DNA of 64,000 nt from the human T2T-CHM13v2.0 reference genome, Homo sapiens (GCF_009914755.1 NC_060925.1), one strand, 5' to 3'. Positions 12,231 through 25,721 are shown, numbered from the stretch's first letter. Translations and numbers: made by a program. Notes: generated from the letters alone by a model not told the origin.

Positions 12231-13433
12231 GATTCCCTGCACTGGGCTATGACTTGGGCAGCATAATGCTCTGGTCTGAAGTTTTCAGTGGGTATGGAAC
12301 TATTTGTACTCTGGAAACATCAAAATCCAATATAGAATATTATCTTCAGAACTTTGGTATGATTAGTTTTTCTGAACTTGTACTTCCAAATTACTAAACT
12401 ATTAATTTGACCATACTGAAAGAAAAATCTTGCTGAAGCAGTATCTACAATGTACCACAGTTTACTTGTTCATAACTGTTTGACACTTAATGCTAAGAAA
12501 AAAGATAAATAGACAAGACTTTTAAATGTTAATAAATGTAACAGAATCCGGAATTGCATTTTTGACTAGGTGCAGCTGGGAAAGAGTTTATCAGCAGCTG
12601 TTTTATCACTTTTCTAAAAGTACCAAGTGTTGTGCCTCTCCTGCAGGCTCTAGTCTCTTTTTCCCTCCCCCATGCCCTTGTCTTCCTAATAATGAAGAAA
12701 GATACCTAAATAGTATGATCTACAACAAAAAGGATACTGTTTTCAGAAAATATTAGAACATCGTAAGGTCGCTAGTACTTTTCTTTTCACTCTGAATAAT
12801 ATATTGAGAAACATATTGAAGTAATTGGGGATAATATTTATTTATAAAATAATTATGTGTCCCATGTGACAATACCAAAAATGTACTTTAACTTGTCTAT
12901 TTTTACATGGACCCCAAATGTTTAAATGAAGTGATTAGACATACAAATCTGTAATTTTGATAAAAATATAAATAAGAATTTATAAGTTTCTGAGTTAGAG
13001 AATACAGGTCTTTGGTTTTTGTGACACTATATTTAATTTAAGGGATTTCTTTATAGGATCAACAACTCTAGAACCTTTGTTTGCATTTCTTGAAAGGAAA
13101 AGCACAGTGAAATAGGATTAGCTGCTTTAATAAAGTGAACCAAAATACTGTTCAGATGATCAAAGAGTGTTAAAATACCTTCATTTTTATTTTAATTCTT
13201 TAATTCCATTTTGTCATGGGAATTTTTGGTATTACAGCATTTGGCATACATATGACATGAAATCAGCATACCCTAAGATTTTAGGGATTGACTCCTTTAA
13301 TATATTTCCTCAAGTAAATATTTCACTCTTCCTTTTCCCTGTCCTTTTCCTTCCAAGATTGGCTCTGTTTTAGGTGAATTAGGAGATACAGAGATGAAAG
13401 TTACCTTTCCTACCCTCTAGGAGCTCAAACATA

Positions 13434-13622
13434 CAGTGGTTCTCAAAATGTGGGTCCCAGAACAGCAGCAGCAGCAGCATCCTGAGGACTTACTAGAAAA
13501 GCAAATTCTCAAGCCCTACCCCAGACCTTCAGAATCAGAATTCTGGGGGATGGGACTCAGGAATCTCTGTTTTCATCAGCCCTCCAGGGAATCCTCATGC
13601 ACACTCAAGTTAAGAACCACTG
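13434..13622. mobile_element. MER5A hAT-Charlie MITE
   Basis: TIRs CAGTGGTTCTCAA / TTAAGAACCACTG; internal gcaaattctc...gaatcagaa. Confidence 0.88.
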
Positions 13623-13649
13623 GTCTAATGACTGGAACTTTATACCTTC

Positions 13650-15335
13650 CTTATTTTTGAAATTGGGATATAAGTCACATCCGAAAAAATTCACCATTTT
13701 AAAGTAAACATTTCAGTGGTTTTTAGTGTATTCACAGGACTGTGCAAACATCACCATTATCTAATTCTATAACATTTTCACCATCCAAAAATAAACTCCA
13801 TACCTATTAGCAGTCACTCCCCATCCTCTGTCTCCACCCCTCAGCCCCCAGCAACCACTAACCTACATTTTGTCTCTATGGATTTGCCTCTGCTGGATAT
13901 TTCATATAAATGGAATCATAAAATATGTGGCCTTTTGTTTCTTTCACTTAACGCAGTGTTTTCAAGGTTCATCCATGTTGTAGCATGTATCAGTGCTTCA
14001 TTATTTTTATGGCTGAATAATATTCCATTGTATAGATGTACATATGTTGTTTATCCACTCATCAGTTAATGGATATTTAGGTTGTTTTTACTTTTGGCAG
14101 TTATGAATAAGGCACTATGAATATTCATGTACAGGTTTTTGTATGAACATATTTTCTGTCTGGTATATACAGTCAGTTCTCATTATTTGTGGTAGTTTTG
14201 TTCCTGAAGTCACTGCAAACACTGAATTAGTGAATACTGAATTACTGGTTCTAGGAGAAATACAGGATTAGGTTCCTGTAAGACTCTGGTCACATTTTCA
14301 TCAGTTGATCAATATATAACCTTGTTTTATGTGTGTTTCTTTTTAAAGATATATTTATTGCTGATTCATTAACATTGAGTGCATGCCTAACAGCGCCATA
14401 ACTCATGCCTGAACAAAGCGGCTTACCTAACCAGGTATATTTTCTGTGTGTGACAAGGCCTGTCACAGCCTTCTTGCACTTAGAGTAGGCAGCACTTCAG
14501 CATTACACTTGGGGGCTATTTGAAACAGTGAACTCACCAAAAAAAAAGCACAAATGTGAAAAACCTGGCACTAAATCGACCGCAAAAGGGAGACTTGTTT
14601 ACAGTATGAGAGCCAAACACAAGAGCGTAGTCTTGTTTGAGTGACTCACGTTTTTCACCGCTCTGCCAATTCACATGTCTGAATGACTGTGAAAGCACCA
14701 TGAGGATTATTTGGGGGTTACAAATAATTTATAGTGAATAATCATATTTGCAAATACAGAATCCACAAATAATGAGGATCAACTGTACTGGGAGTGTAGT
14801 TGCTGGGTCATATGGTAGTTCTATGTTCAATATTTTGAGGAATTACCAAGCTATTTTTTTTTTTTTTTGCAGAAGCTAAAGCGTGTTACATTCCCGCTAG
14901 CAGTGTTTAAGGATTCCAATTTCTCCATGTCCTTGACAACACTTGTTATTTTCTGTTTGTTTGAAACAGAATGGTGGATGTGAAGTGGTATCTAATAAGA
15001 TACCACTTATAAGTGGTTTCGATTTGTATTTCCCTAAATCACTAATGACGTTGAACATCTTTTCATGTGCATATTGGCCATTTGTATTTCTTCTTTAGAG
15101 ATGTGTCTATTCAAACACTTTACCTCTTTTAAATTGGATTATTTGTCCTTTTATTGTTGAGTTGTAAGAGCTTTTAAATATATATTCTGAATACTAGACT
15201 CTTAGATATATGACGTGCAAATATTTTCTCCCATTCTGTGTTTTCATTTTCTTGATAATGTCTTTTGATCTTCAAAAGTTTATTTTGATGAAGTCCAATT
15301 TTATCTTTTTTCTTTGTTTATGCTTTTGAAATTGT
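13650..15335 (-). mobile_element. Old L1M-class LINE 3' region, interrupted by MER82
   Basis: atggatttgcct..ctggatatttcatataaatggaatcat; ttgctgggtcatatggta; gtgtctattcaaa. Confidence 0.85.
14170..14785. mobile_element. MER82-like TcMar-Tigger element nested in L1M
   Basis: TIRs CAGTCAGTTCTCATTATTTGTGG / CCACAAATAATGAGGATCAACTG, TA duplication on both sides; L1 sequence is continuous across it. Confidence 0.82.
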
Positions 15336-16173
15336 TGAAACTACTGTCCTCATATAGTTAGTACATCCTGCTACAAGAATTGCATACATATTTTTATTAC
15401 CAAAGTCATGAAGAGTTAGATTTCACGGTTTCAATAAATTATAACTTATTTGCTAAGGGATGTCATTTGTAAATTTAAAGCATTTGTTCGTAGTATTTAA
15501 GAGACTTTTATGTTGTGGTTGTGGGATTTTAAATACTGGCATCATGAGGGCCATATGTTTATAAAAAGCAGTGTCAAATTTATTTAACAAACTGCTGTTT
15601 TTGTTTGGAAAATTGAAGAAAAACGCTTAAAACTACTCTAACATTTTAAAAGAAGATTCTACCTCTTTTTAAAACCATGAACTTTCTGTCCTAAAAGTAG
15701 GATCTTGAGCCATTTTGTGAAAGAACACAAGAATCCCTGGAACTTGGAAATAAATGCAGATTGGTGTTTATTTGTGTTATTTTAAATGTAGTAGCACTGT
15801 GTGTTAGAAAACTCAATCTGTAACACTTAAGTCAGGCTAAGCAAGCAAATAATATCAGCTAACATGGCTTTAATCTACTAAGTAACTTAAAATCCAAAAG
15901 ATCAAAGGAAGTTATAACTAAAAACAGTCCTTCATGCAGTTTCCCTGTGGAAGCAGGAAAAGGCTAGAAATTACATGTCACCTTCATATCCTGGCTTGCT
16001 GACCTTGTGCTCAGATCAAGCCCCTCTGTATGCCAGCTGTTACCATTATTAAGACCTTGCCCCAAGGGGTTAAGTAGGAGAAAAACTCTCCTGTCCTATT
16101 GGAGAGCAAACACTGAAAGTTCCAGCCCCTAACATGCCTAATTCAAAGCAATCTGCATGTGCTTGTCATTCAG

Positions 16174-16314
16174 TCTGTCCTGCCGCTCTGTGGAGCTGCG
16201 CCTGCCAACTCATTGCTTTCTGCTGTGCTGTGATCCTGCAGTCAGTTGCCGCTGTTGCTACTGCAATCATTTGCACCAAACTGAGCCAGAGAAGTTCCCT
16301 CTTTTAACATAAAG
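16174..16314 (+). other. DISP1: Non-coding 5'UTR exon of DISP1 (141 nt)
   Basis: GC-richer island in AT-rich intron, bounded by tcattCAG (ends 16173) and AAG|GTAATA (GT at 16315). It has no ATG. Spliced to 30651 it puts an in-frame TAA (16305-16307) upstream of the main ATG. The length agrees with my unverified recollection of the exon structure. Confidence 0.75.
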
Positions 16315-19300
16315 GTAATACATTTTCTCTTGCTGTGTGACTATGTGTGTGAGAAATGTGTGTGAATTTGTTATTTTAGGAGAATGTATTTAAAAACTGA
16401 ACTTTGTTTCTAGGATTGTATTTAAAATTCCAGCTCACTGTTTTGTTTTTTTTTCAGTGTAAACTTTGAACGGCATTTGGCATTTTAACACATTAAAATC
16501 TTGTGAAGTTTATTTAAATTGTAGTCTAGCGCAGTAAGGTAAGGCCAGCCATTTCTTAAGTTTGTTAAAATGTCATGTCTTTGTGAAGTTGGAAGGAAAC
16601 CTAAGCTTTAAGGAAGTTTGTTGTTTTACACTTTGAGATTCTTATTTAACTACTATCTAAAACAGAAAATTTTCAAAATATGTGCTTGCCATTACCAGGT
16701 GATAGAAAAATAAATGTAGAGTTGTAGGAATCACATTAGTCACTTTTGTGAATTAAATATTATAAGAAAATAGAAAATTATTAGCATCTTCCCTCCTATA
16801 AAGAGAGTAGTTTGGTGAAGATACCCTCTTGTGAACTAAACTTCAACAGCAAGTAATTCTTATCAGAGTTCATTTCAGATACACAGCTTGGTACAGGCCT
16901 TCAAGCTATATTTTAGTTGTTTAAATGTTTCATGCATTACATGGTAACTACAATAGTGACTGCATATGATTGGATTTACTACTTAAAAGTACAATTCAAA
17001 ATATATTTGCTGTATTCACTTTTGCTTAAAATGAGAATGGATAATTTATTTGCAACTGGTGGAAAAATTCAAATTAGTTTAATGTGAAATATGTTTATGT
17101 TTGGTGTAAAATATACATTAAAAAATTAAACAGAGAAATTTAGTGAAAACTGAGATATTTCGTGCACATCACTGACCATAAATGCCTTTATTCAATGATA
17201 ATGCAAGAAATAGAAAACATACTTTACAATTTGTTAAAAAAATTTTACAAATAGGTATTCTTGTTGAACGAAGAAGAAGGAAATGTGTCCTTTTTACTCA
17301 CAAGAAGGTTATTTTAGATCATAATATTTATAATTAAGAAAATTACAGTTCCCTTTGTTGGCTGGGAAATCACTAAACTGTGTAAATAAGCTCTAAATTT
17401 ATGAGTGTTTCACTTGCAGGTAGTGGGTTTTCTGCTTCCCATGGTTTTAATATCTGGCGACACATTTCTACTTTCTAAAATGTTAAAACATTTTGCATTC
17501 TTTCATGTATTTTTTAGTCTTGCATCTCCAATAGATTATCTTAGATTGCTTTCATTGCCAACGTATCAAATATTGGGATATTTTATTGATTTTACTTTAT
17601 TTAGGACTTTTTAGTATTAAAAAAGATATTTTTATGTATCTTCTATGCTTCATATAGCTCACATCTTAGACCTCAGTTTTAGACTTGTGATCATGAACTA
17701 TTTGCATTGATTATGAAAAAATGTGTGATGTTTTAAGTGTCTGAAATGATTGACCTACAAAGTAGTTTAGAAAATACATGTTTACCTTAATTCAGTCTGG
17801 GAAATATGTATTATAAAGTGGATTCATCCAAAATTTAAATCTAGTCTCACTTGCCTTGCAGTTTATATTGAACCAGTGGAGCCTTTTGGGGAAATCTGCT
17901 TTTCAGTGTTTGCTATGCATCACTTCTTTACCTTCTGTTCTAACTGCTTTGAGTTCTGGGACTGGATCTGAGCATTCTTGCTGTATGATTCTTATAACTC
18001 AGTGTGGATGATGGACAGCCTTGACATACAGATGATATGAACATTTCCTATTTTTGAAAAAATACAATTCCTGATTACATTCTGACACAGGAAGCAAAAC
18101 TGAGTTGTTTAGGATCAAGACATATGAGCTCCTTAGCCTGTCAGCCTTTTGGAAAAAATATAAGACAGAGCAACTAAAAAAAATTAGAAAAGCTAGACTT
18201 GGAGAAGGTGGTGGCTTTTTGTTCTCTCCATCTTAATTTCTATTCTCTTATTTTAATCAGTATTAAACAGGCTTATGTATTACAGGCTCATATTTAGATT
18301 CCAAGAAAACTGTATAAGGAAGATAGTAGGTGCTTACCAAAATGATTGCTAAATAAGGACATTTAACTGAAAAATGTGATTTAATTATTTTTGTAAGCAA
18401 ACAAGAATCCCACACAATAGTAAATGTAATTTCAGTTCATCTAATATATACAAGAAAGCAAACAGCAGAATTCATAAGCATTTATAGTAATAATTTAAGG
18501 AATAGAGAAAGATTTATAAAAGTTGCACCCAGGCCCTTATTAAGACTTAATTTACTGATTCAATTCAAGTAAGAATAAAGTCTTTATAAGTTTGATGTTC
18601 TTCTAAGCTTGAAGCAAATCTCAGAGTTCTCTTTAACTGTGTTTTATACAAATACCTTGAGTGATGTTTCCCAAGTTGCTCAGTAGACTAAAGGATACTC
18701 ATAGGACATTATTTGCTGGACTCTGCAGGGAAGAACCCATTTGGGGAGCTGTTCTAGGAAATTTGATTTGCTGCTTCTCAAACTTCACAAAACAGCAGGG
18801 AGTGGGGCCTGGTATTAGATACTAAACATTTGTGGGAAAAGTTTAGATAATTCTAAGTGTGGTATTAAAAAACAACACACTACCATCTAAATCAAACAAC
18901 TTTTAAGTGCTTTATGGTGATTGATCTCAGTTTTTGGCTTTATGAAGGACATTTTTAAAATTCTCTCACATTCTTTTGCCTAACAATGTGTGGGAGTAAA
19001 ATTTTCTTAGTTTGATTTACCTCAGTGATGTTTTTTTTTTTTCCTTTGGGCTGCTAAGTTTTGAGGTTTTGACATGTGTGAAGTATTAAACATCCATGGT
19101 ATCTTTTAGACATGCTTGTGATGTGTTCAACATTTGTTAAGCTCGGTAATATGATCCTGTTTCTACTGGGGAAGAGCTATAGTGATACAGATAGATTGCT
19201 CAGTTGTAAAGCCGCCCATTTTGTGATTTTAGTTGAGACAAAATAGTTTCAAATGAAATCTCATGGCCTAAAGACACACCTATCACATCTTAAGGATCCT

Positions 19301-19936
19301 GTTTATTAACAAACCATCTTGTAATTCTTATTTGGTGGGGATGTGAGGCTAAATAACAGTCCTGCTATCTGCAGGCTGTCTAACCCTAGAATTGGAAAGT
19401 TTAAGATGCTTAAAATGCCACCAGGAATCTTTTTTTTTTTTTTTCCTGGCATGGAACTTTAGGGAACATGCTCTTTTATTAGAGGATCTTGAGCCTTCAT
19501 TTTAGAGACTGACCAGACATTGAGGATGTACTTTTTCTTGAGTGTTAAATAAACTCATTAGTCAAATTAGCTACTTCCCAAATTTTCTTCAAAAGATCAA
19601 TAAATAATAAAGGCTATATGGCAAGGTGTTTCACATTTCCACAACATTGTTCCACGCAAAGTCTGCACTGTTGTCTTGCTTGAGCTAATATCTTATCAAG
19701 GCTTTCTCTCCCCACCCTTCCAGCTTAAGAAGTACTGCAGATGAAATCTCTTTTCATTGTAACAAGAGCAATAAAAAAAAGTAAAGATAGTTTAAACTTA
19801 GAGTACCAGGTCCAACTGTTTTCTAATATGCAGCAATATTCTGCATTTCAAGCAATATTTTCAGACTGTTGAATATTTTGAGTGGCAGTTGCTTGCTCTT
19901 ATAGATTGATCAGCATTAATTATATAAAGTATAAAT

Positions 19937-20121
19937 CAGTGGCTCTCAGCTCTGACTGCATGTTAAAATCACCCAGGATGCTTTAAAAAATGCTAATGTC
20001 CACACTTCACTACAATATGAATTAAATCAGAACCTCAACCTCTGGGGCCAGGACCCTTTTATCATAATTTTTTTAGTATTACCAAAGTGATTCTAATGTG
20101 CAGCCAGAGATGAGACTGCTG
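19937..20121. mobile_element. MER5-family MITE
   Basis: cagtggctctca...aaatcagaa...gtgattctaatgtgcagcc. Confidence 0.7.
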
Positions 20122-21934
20122 TGATAGACTTGTAATTTTATTAATATTCATATTTAATGCATACCTTAAGACTTGTAGCAGAGTCTAATTAAATGTTTTG
20201 GCTAGTTTTGGGGTTAGATAACTACTTATATAGGAGAACTTTGTAGAATTTTTTTAAAGTGACCATTGTTTGACATCCCTGATTATAGAAAGTTTCTCTA
20301 GTTTTATTTTGTATATTTTTGGTTATACAATTTCACATAATTCTCCAAACTTAGGGTTCAAAAGAAATTAGTGCAGCTTAATGGAATTTAAACTCATCTG
20401 AAAGAGGAGCGCAAAGCTATGAGAAGCCTTCCCTACCTCTTTCTTTCCAGCATTGATGCTTATGGGCACAGTACTTATAACACGAGTGTGGAGAGAAGTG
20501 GTAAATATTACATGGAAAGATAATTTTTGTGGATGAACCTGGAAAAGAGATCTCTGAAAAGTGCTTTGATAATTGCAATATTGTGAGAGTGCTCTTGAAA
20601 TATGTATTTAGGAAGATAAGTGTTTATGCTAAATGAAGGATATCACTGATATCATTTACCTGAGATTGAAAGAGATAAACTTCATTTTATACCCACATTT
20701 CTGTTCCCACATAGACCAAAGGTACATTGGATGTAAAACAAAATGAGAAAAATGAAATTGATGTTTCTACAACCCTGAAATTTCTATCACTCACCTCTAC
20801 ATATGAAAATTTCTGCTTTTACAACCTAACTCATTTCTAGCAGTAATACTGCTTTCCAAAGGTAGGGCTTTCAGATTTGCTATGGCAGATATACTGCAAT
20901 ATCGTTAAGGTTATTTTACATTCATATTTTTTGTTGTAACTCTAGGGGGAAACTTTATCTGGAAACTTTAATTTTTCTTCTGTATCATTAAGTTGTTTGT
21001 GAATACCATGAATATTGAAACAAAACATTTACAGTGTATCCATATATCTTAGTTCCTCTGTCAATATATATCATGTATGTAATCATATTAATAGAGGTTA
21101 TCTAAAAATGTTAGGCGTATTTCATTTTCAAAGGTGGTGCTTATCATAAGTTGAAACTACCCATAAATTGAATAATAAGAACAGTATGTTCTCACTGTAA
21201 AAGAATGCTAACCTTCATTTTCATATTTCCTGGAACTCAGTTCGCTTTCTCCTAGTTGGCAGAGAGCTAACTAATACCTAGTAGGCTCTTATGAAATATT
21301 TAGTGGTATAGATCTTCAAATATATAATGTTTGTTTCTTTGGGAAAATGGCTTTCAACTTATTATAGTTTATGCTTAAGGGGAATACTAGAATTAACACC
21401 TTATTTTTGTATAGGCCTTTGCAATATATAAAATGTTTACAAGTGATTTGGGGAAGCTATTTATAAGTATTCTCATGAAGGAGAGTTTAATAGTAGAAAG
21501 TTTACAAACTTAAAAATAAGAAAATGTAATTTGTCTCAGGAGGGAAGAAGATTATATTTCTTTATTTAAGACCATCCTTTCTAGTTCCTTAAAAGTGTCT
21601 GATTCTTTCATTAAAGATACAGATTTTGCTGTCAGGTCACAATTACATTATTCTTAAATAGTCAATATACTATATGACAACAAAGATCAATCCATTGTCT
21701 TGCTTTTTTAAGTTTGCATAATATGATATATGGATGGATAACACCTTTCCTTAATTTAGTGAAATATGTCTCTGGCGCTCTTGAATGCTGAATTGTACCT
21801 TTTAAAACTATCTTGGGAAATATCGAATTCATAGGCTATTTTTCATGTGGACCTTCAGACAGAATTTTACATCAGTAGCCTCTTGTGGTCCTATAAAAGC
21901 TAGTTGGACTTGGCATTGCTCTAGAGGCATCTTG

Positions 21935-22100
21935 AGGTAGTGGAAAAGCCTTACCTTTAGAGTCATACTGGTCTGAGATTAAAGCATGCGATTTGGATTA
22001 GCTACTTTAATATTTTTGATTCTCAGTTTTCTCTGTAATGGGTTTAATAATAAATTCACAGAGGTATTGTGAAAAAAGGGGCTTGACATAGTGAGATGAT
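21935..22100 (+). mobile_element. MIR SINE fragment
   Basis: gtagtggaaaagcc...tttagagtca...tctcagttttctctgtaatggg...cacagaggtattgtga. Confidence 0.55.
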
Positions 22101-23159
22101 TAAAAAAAATTTTAATAGCCCTTTGAAGGGAAAAATATTTGTAGAGACAATACTTGCCTGATTTGGCTTCTGCGTAGCCCCACTATAGTTCTTTATCAAT
22201 TTCTGTTGGCATTTAGAGCAGCCATTTATTTCTCTGGCCATAACACTAAATATTAGCAGGCCAACGAGGTACCAGTAATCAGAAATTAGTCCATCATTTT
22301 AGGATAAGCAGGAAGCAACTGTGGAGGAACCATTTCATATTAAAACAAGTTTGGTAAATAATGGATACAGGTATCCCCAGACTGCCTTTATACCTGATGT
22401 GAAGAAAGATACCTGATGTGAAGAAAGACTTAAGGTCTCTTTATATACCCATCTTTTAATACCTAGTGCCACTTGAGAGGGAAACAAATGTATCTCAGTT
22501 AACTAGGCAGGGTGCTTCAGTCCATTTATATGAGTTGCACTAAAAAGATCAAAATCTTAACAGCTGTTATTTGCATGCACAAAAAACAGTTTGGGAGTCA
22601 TGATACAAGCCATAATTAAACTTGATTATCAATTAGAACCTCTGTTGTTAAATGTGTTACATTTCTTTGCCTTAAATAGAAAAATGGGCCTTTATTTCTG
22701 TCAACTGTTATCATTTCCCTACTTATTTTTCTTCATTCTGCTTTAATTGTGCATATCTTGCCATAACTGAGGCATAATTCTCTTGTAGTCTCCCCACCTA
22801 GTTTGTGGTTTTCTCTTGCTACGCAAAATGTGTTCTAGGTATCAGCAGTATGGACATGTTGTTGGAGGCTTGTTGCTCCACCCCTGATGTACTGTATCAA
22901 ATCTTTATTCTAACTGCATCTCTAGGTGATCCTTGTATTTGGAAGCACTGGTTTAGTGTTTTGTATTTACCTACTGAAACTGCTCTAGGGAGCATGACTC
23001 TTCTGAAAAAGGTGGTTGGCTACAACAAGGGATCTTGTTGGTGATCCAGTCTTGCCATTTATTCTTAAGTTTGGTATTAGGAATCTGGTGAAGCAAAGAG
23101 TTATTCTAAAATACATCATCTGAGTGTACAGAATACAGTTTATCAGAAAGCTCTCAAGA

Positions 23160-23370
23160 CCTTGGCATCATGCTTCCTAGCTTCACCATTTGTCATCAGT
23201 ATGTGACTTTGAGCACCTTACTTAGAATCTCTATGTTGTTTTCTCCTAGCAAAATGGAGTGGTAATGCCTGCCACCCCTGTTTTTCCAGAGGGCTATTAG
23301 GAGGATCAACTCAAGTGAGATCATTTGTGAGAAAGTGCTTTGGAAATAGCCAAGAGGTGTACAATTGTAA
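23160..23370 (+). mobile_element. MIR SINE fragment
   Basis: tgtgactttgagc...aaaatggagtggtaatgcctgcc...gaggatcaa. Confidence 0.55.
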
Positions 23371-23660
23371 CAGTTGATGGGGATGAAAATGGTGTTCCTT
23401 CAGGCTATATGAGCCCTGTGTTTGTTACGGATAGTGAGGCTTTGCTAAGTGGTTACTGTGGTAATTGGGACAGGTCTGTGTATTCTCTTCAACAGTACAT
23501 TTAGATTTTACCTTGGCAGTTTTCTGGCCACACTAGCAGTTCTGACCGCCAATTCCAAGTAGCTGCTGAGGTTTTCTTAACGCTATTTGTATTCTGGGAG
23601 CCATCTAGTTTGATTGCATCCTTTGTACAAATTGTGTGTCATTAATTTTGGTGTATGATA

Positions 23661-24067
23661 CAGTCATGTGCCACATAAAGACATTTTGGTCAGTGACAGA
23701 CCACATATACCATGTTGGTCCCATAAGATTATAATGGAGATGAAAAATTCCTATGGCCTAGCCATGGTGACACTGGAATGCAACACCTTACCTTTTTTAT
23801 GTTTAGATGTGTTTATCATTATTTTTTATTATTCATGTTTAGATATGTGTGGTAGACAAATACCTGCATTACAGTTGTCTACAGTATTTAGTACAGTAAC
23901 ATGCTGTATAGGTTTGTAGCCTAGGAGCAATAGACCATGCCATATAGCCTAGCTGTGGCTACAGCATCTAGGTTTATGTAAGTACACTGTGATGACCACA
24001 CAATGGTGAAATCACCCGATGATGCATGTCTCTGGACATATCCCCGTCCTTAGGTGATATGTGATTG
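23661..24067. mobile_element. Tigger3/MER7-like DNA transposon fossil
   Basis: TA|CAGTCATGTGCCACATAA...ggtcccataagattataatggag...cctaggagcaatag matches the recalled Tigger3 consensus. Confidence 0.82.
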
Positions 24068-24268
24068 TCTCTTGACAAATGAAATTATCATAATCCTGAT
24101 AGCATTTTCAATGAGATGCAACTTTTTGTCTGAAGCATTATTTTTCCATTTATTTTATAGTTGTATATTTCCTGAGTTCCAAACAGGAGTTGGATGTCAT
24201 TATTTTGAACCATCTAATCATATGAACTCTGATGACACTTTTCTCTTTACATTTCAGTATGATGGAAA

Positions 24269-24954
24269 TCTCTCTCTCTCTCTATATATATATATGAGAT
24301 TTATATATAATATATATCATATATATGAGATATATATATCTCTCATATATATGAGGTATATATATCTCTCATATATATGAGGTATATATAATATATAAAA
24401 TATATGATATATATCATATATATTATATATCATATATATGATATATAAAAATTATATATCATATATATGATATATATAAATTATATATATCATATATAAT
24501 ATATATAATATATTATATATATAAATTATATATAATATTATATATAAATTATATATCACATATATGACATATAAATTATATATCACATATATGATATATA
24601 ATTTATATATCACATATATGATATATAATTTATATATCATATATATGATATATAATTTATATATCATATATATGATATATAATTTATATATCATATATAT
24701 GATATATATAATATATTATTTATATATAATATATTATATATTATATAATATGTAATATATATTATATATTATATAATATGTAATATATATTATATATTAC
24801 ATATTATATTATTTATAAATAATATTTTATAATATATATAATATTATATAATATAGAATATTATATATTATATATTACATATTATATAATATATTATATA
24901 TAATATGCAATATATAATATATTATTTAATATATTACAGTTTTATATATATATA
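24269..24954. repeat. (TC)n followed by ~670-bp AT-rich array including a 27-bp-unit minisatellite
   Basis: Almost purely A/T; unit atatataatttatatatcatatatatg repeated about 6 times at ~24540-24700. Confidence 0.97.
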
Positions 24955-25240
24955 TTTTGAGACGGAGTCTTGCTCTGTCGCCCAGGCTGGAGTGCAGTAG
25001 CGTGATCTCGGCTCACTGCAAGGTCCGCCTCCTGGGTTCACGCCATTCTCCTGCCTCAGCCTCCTGAGTCGCTCGGACTACAGGCACCCGCCACCACGCT
25101 CGGCTAATTTCTTTGTATTTTTAGTAGAGACGAGGTTTCACCGTGTTAGCCAGGATGGTCTCGATCTCCTGACCTCGTGATCCACCCGCCTCAGCCTCCC
25201 AAAGTGCTGGGATTACAGGCGTGAGCCACTGCGCCCTGCC
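24955..25240 (-). mobile_element. AluY
   Basis: Diagnostic ttcacgccattctc and ccgtgttagccaggatggtctcgatctcc; CpG-rich. Confidence 0.93.
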
Positions 25241-25721
25241 CCTCTCTATACTTCAATATATTAATTTACTTGCGTTATGTATTATACAAGAGTATTCATA
25301 TATGTATACATACATAGTGTTATATATACAAGGGTATTAACACTCTCGTGTTATATAGCCCATTCTGGTTTTCAAAACATTTTTACATTCTCATAGTAAT
25401 CCTATGAAATGTATATTTTAAAATTTAATCGAAAGATGGTTTTTGGCCAAAGACCTTGTAGCCCCAAAATTGCTAAATCATTCTGGACATTAAAATGCTG
25501 GCTAAAAATGTAAAATAGGGGATATGAGATTAGAAGCTTGAATTTGTTGATATTGGCATGTTATATTCATGAACAGCAGGAAATGCATTAAAATATCTTG
25601 GTGTGGGCACATCACATCTCAAGCCAATGCTTCAATAATAGCTTGCCTTTTTTTTTTTTTTTTTTTTTGCATTCCCCTGTGTTTTATGGCCCTGGGAGAA
25701 CAGGTGATTTCAACAATAGCT

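Noticed and set aside
13436-13660. ORF with a poly-Q (CAG)n run
   Set aside because: The short CAG run lies inside a MER5A element; no exon evidence.
24452-24755. ORFs with repeating MIYNLYIIY / MIYKLYIIY peptides
   Set aside because: Translation artefacts of the 27-bp AT-rich minisatellite.
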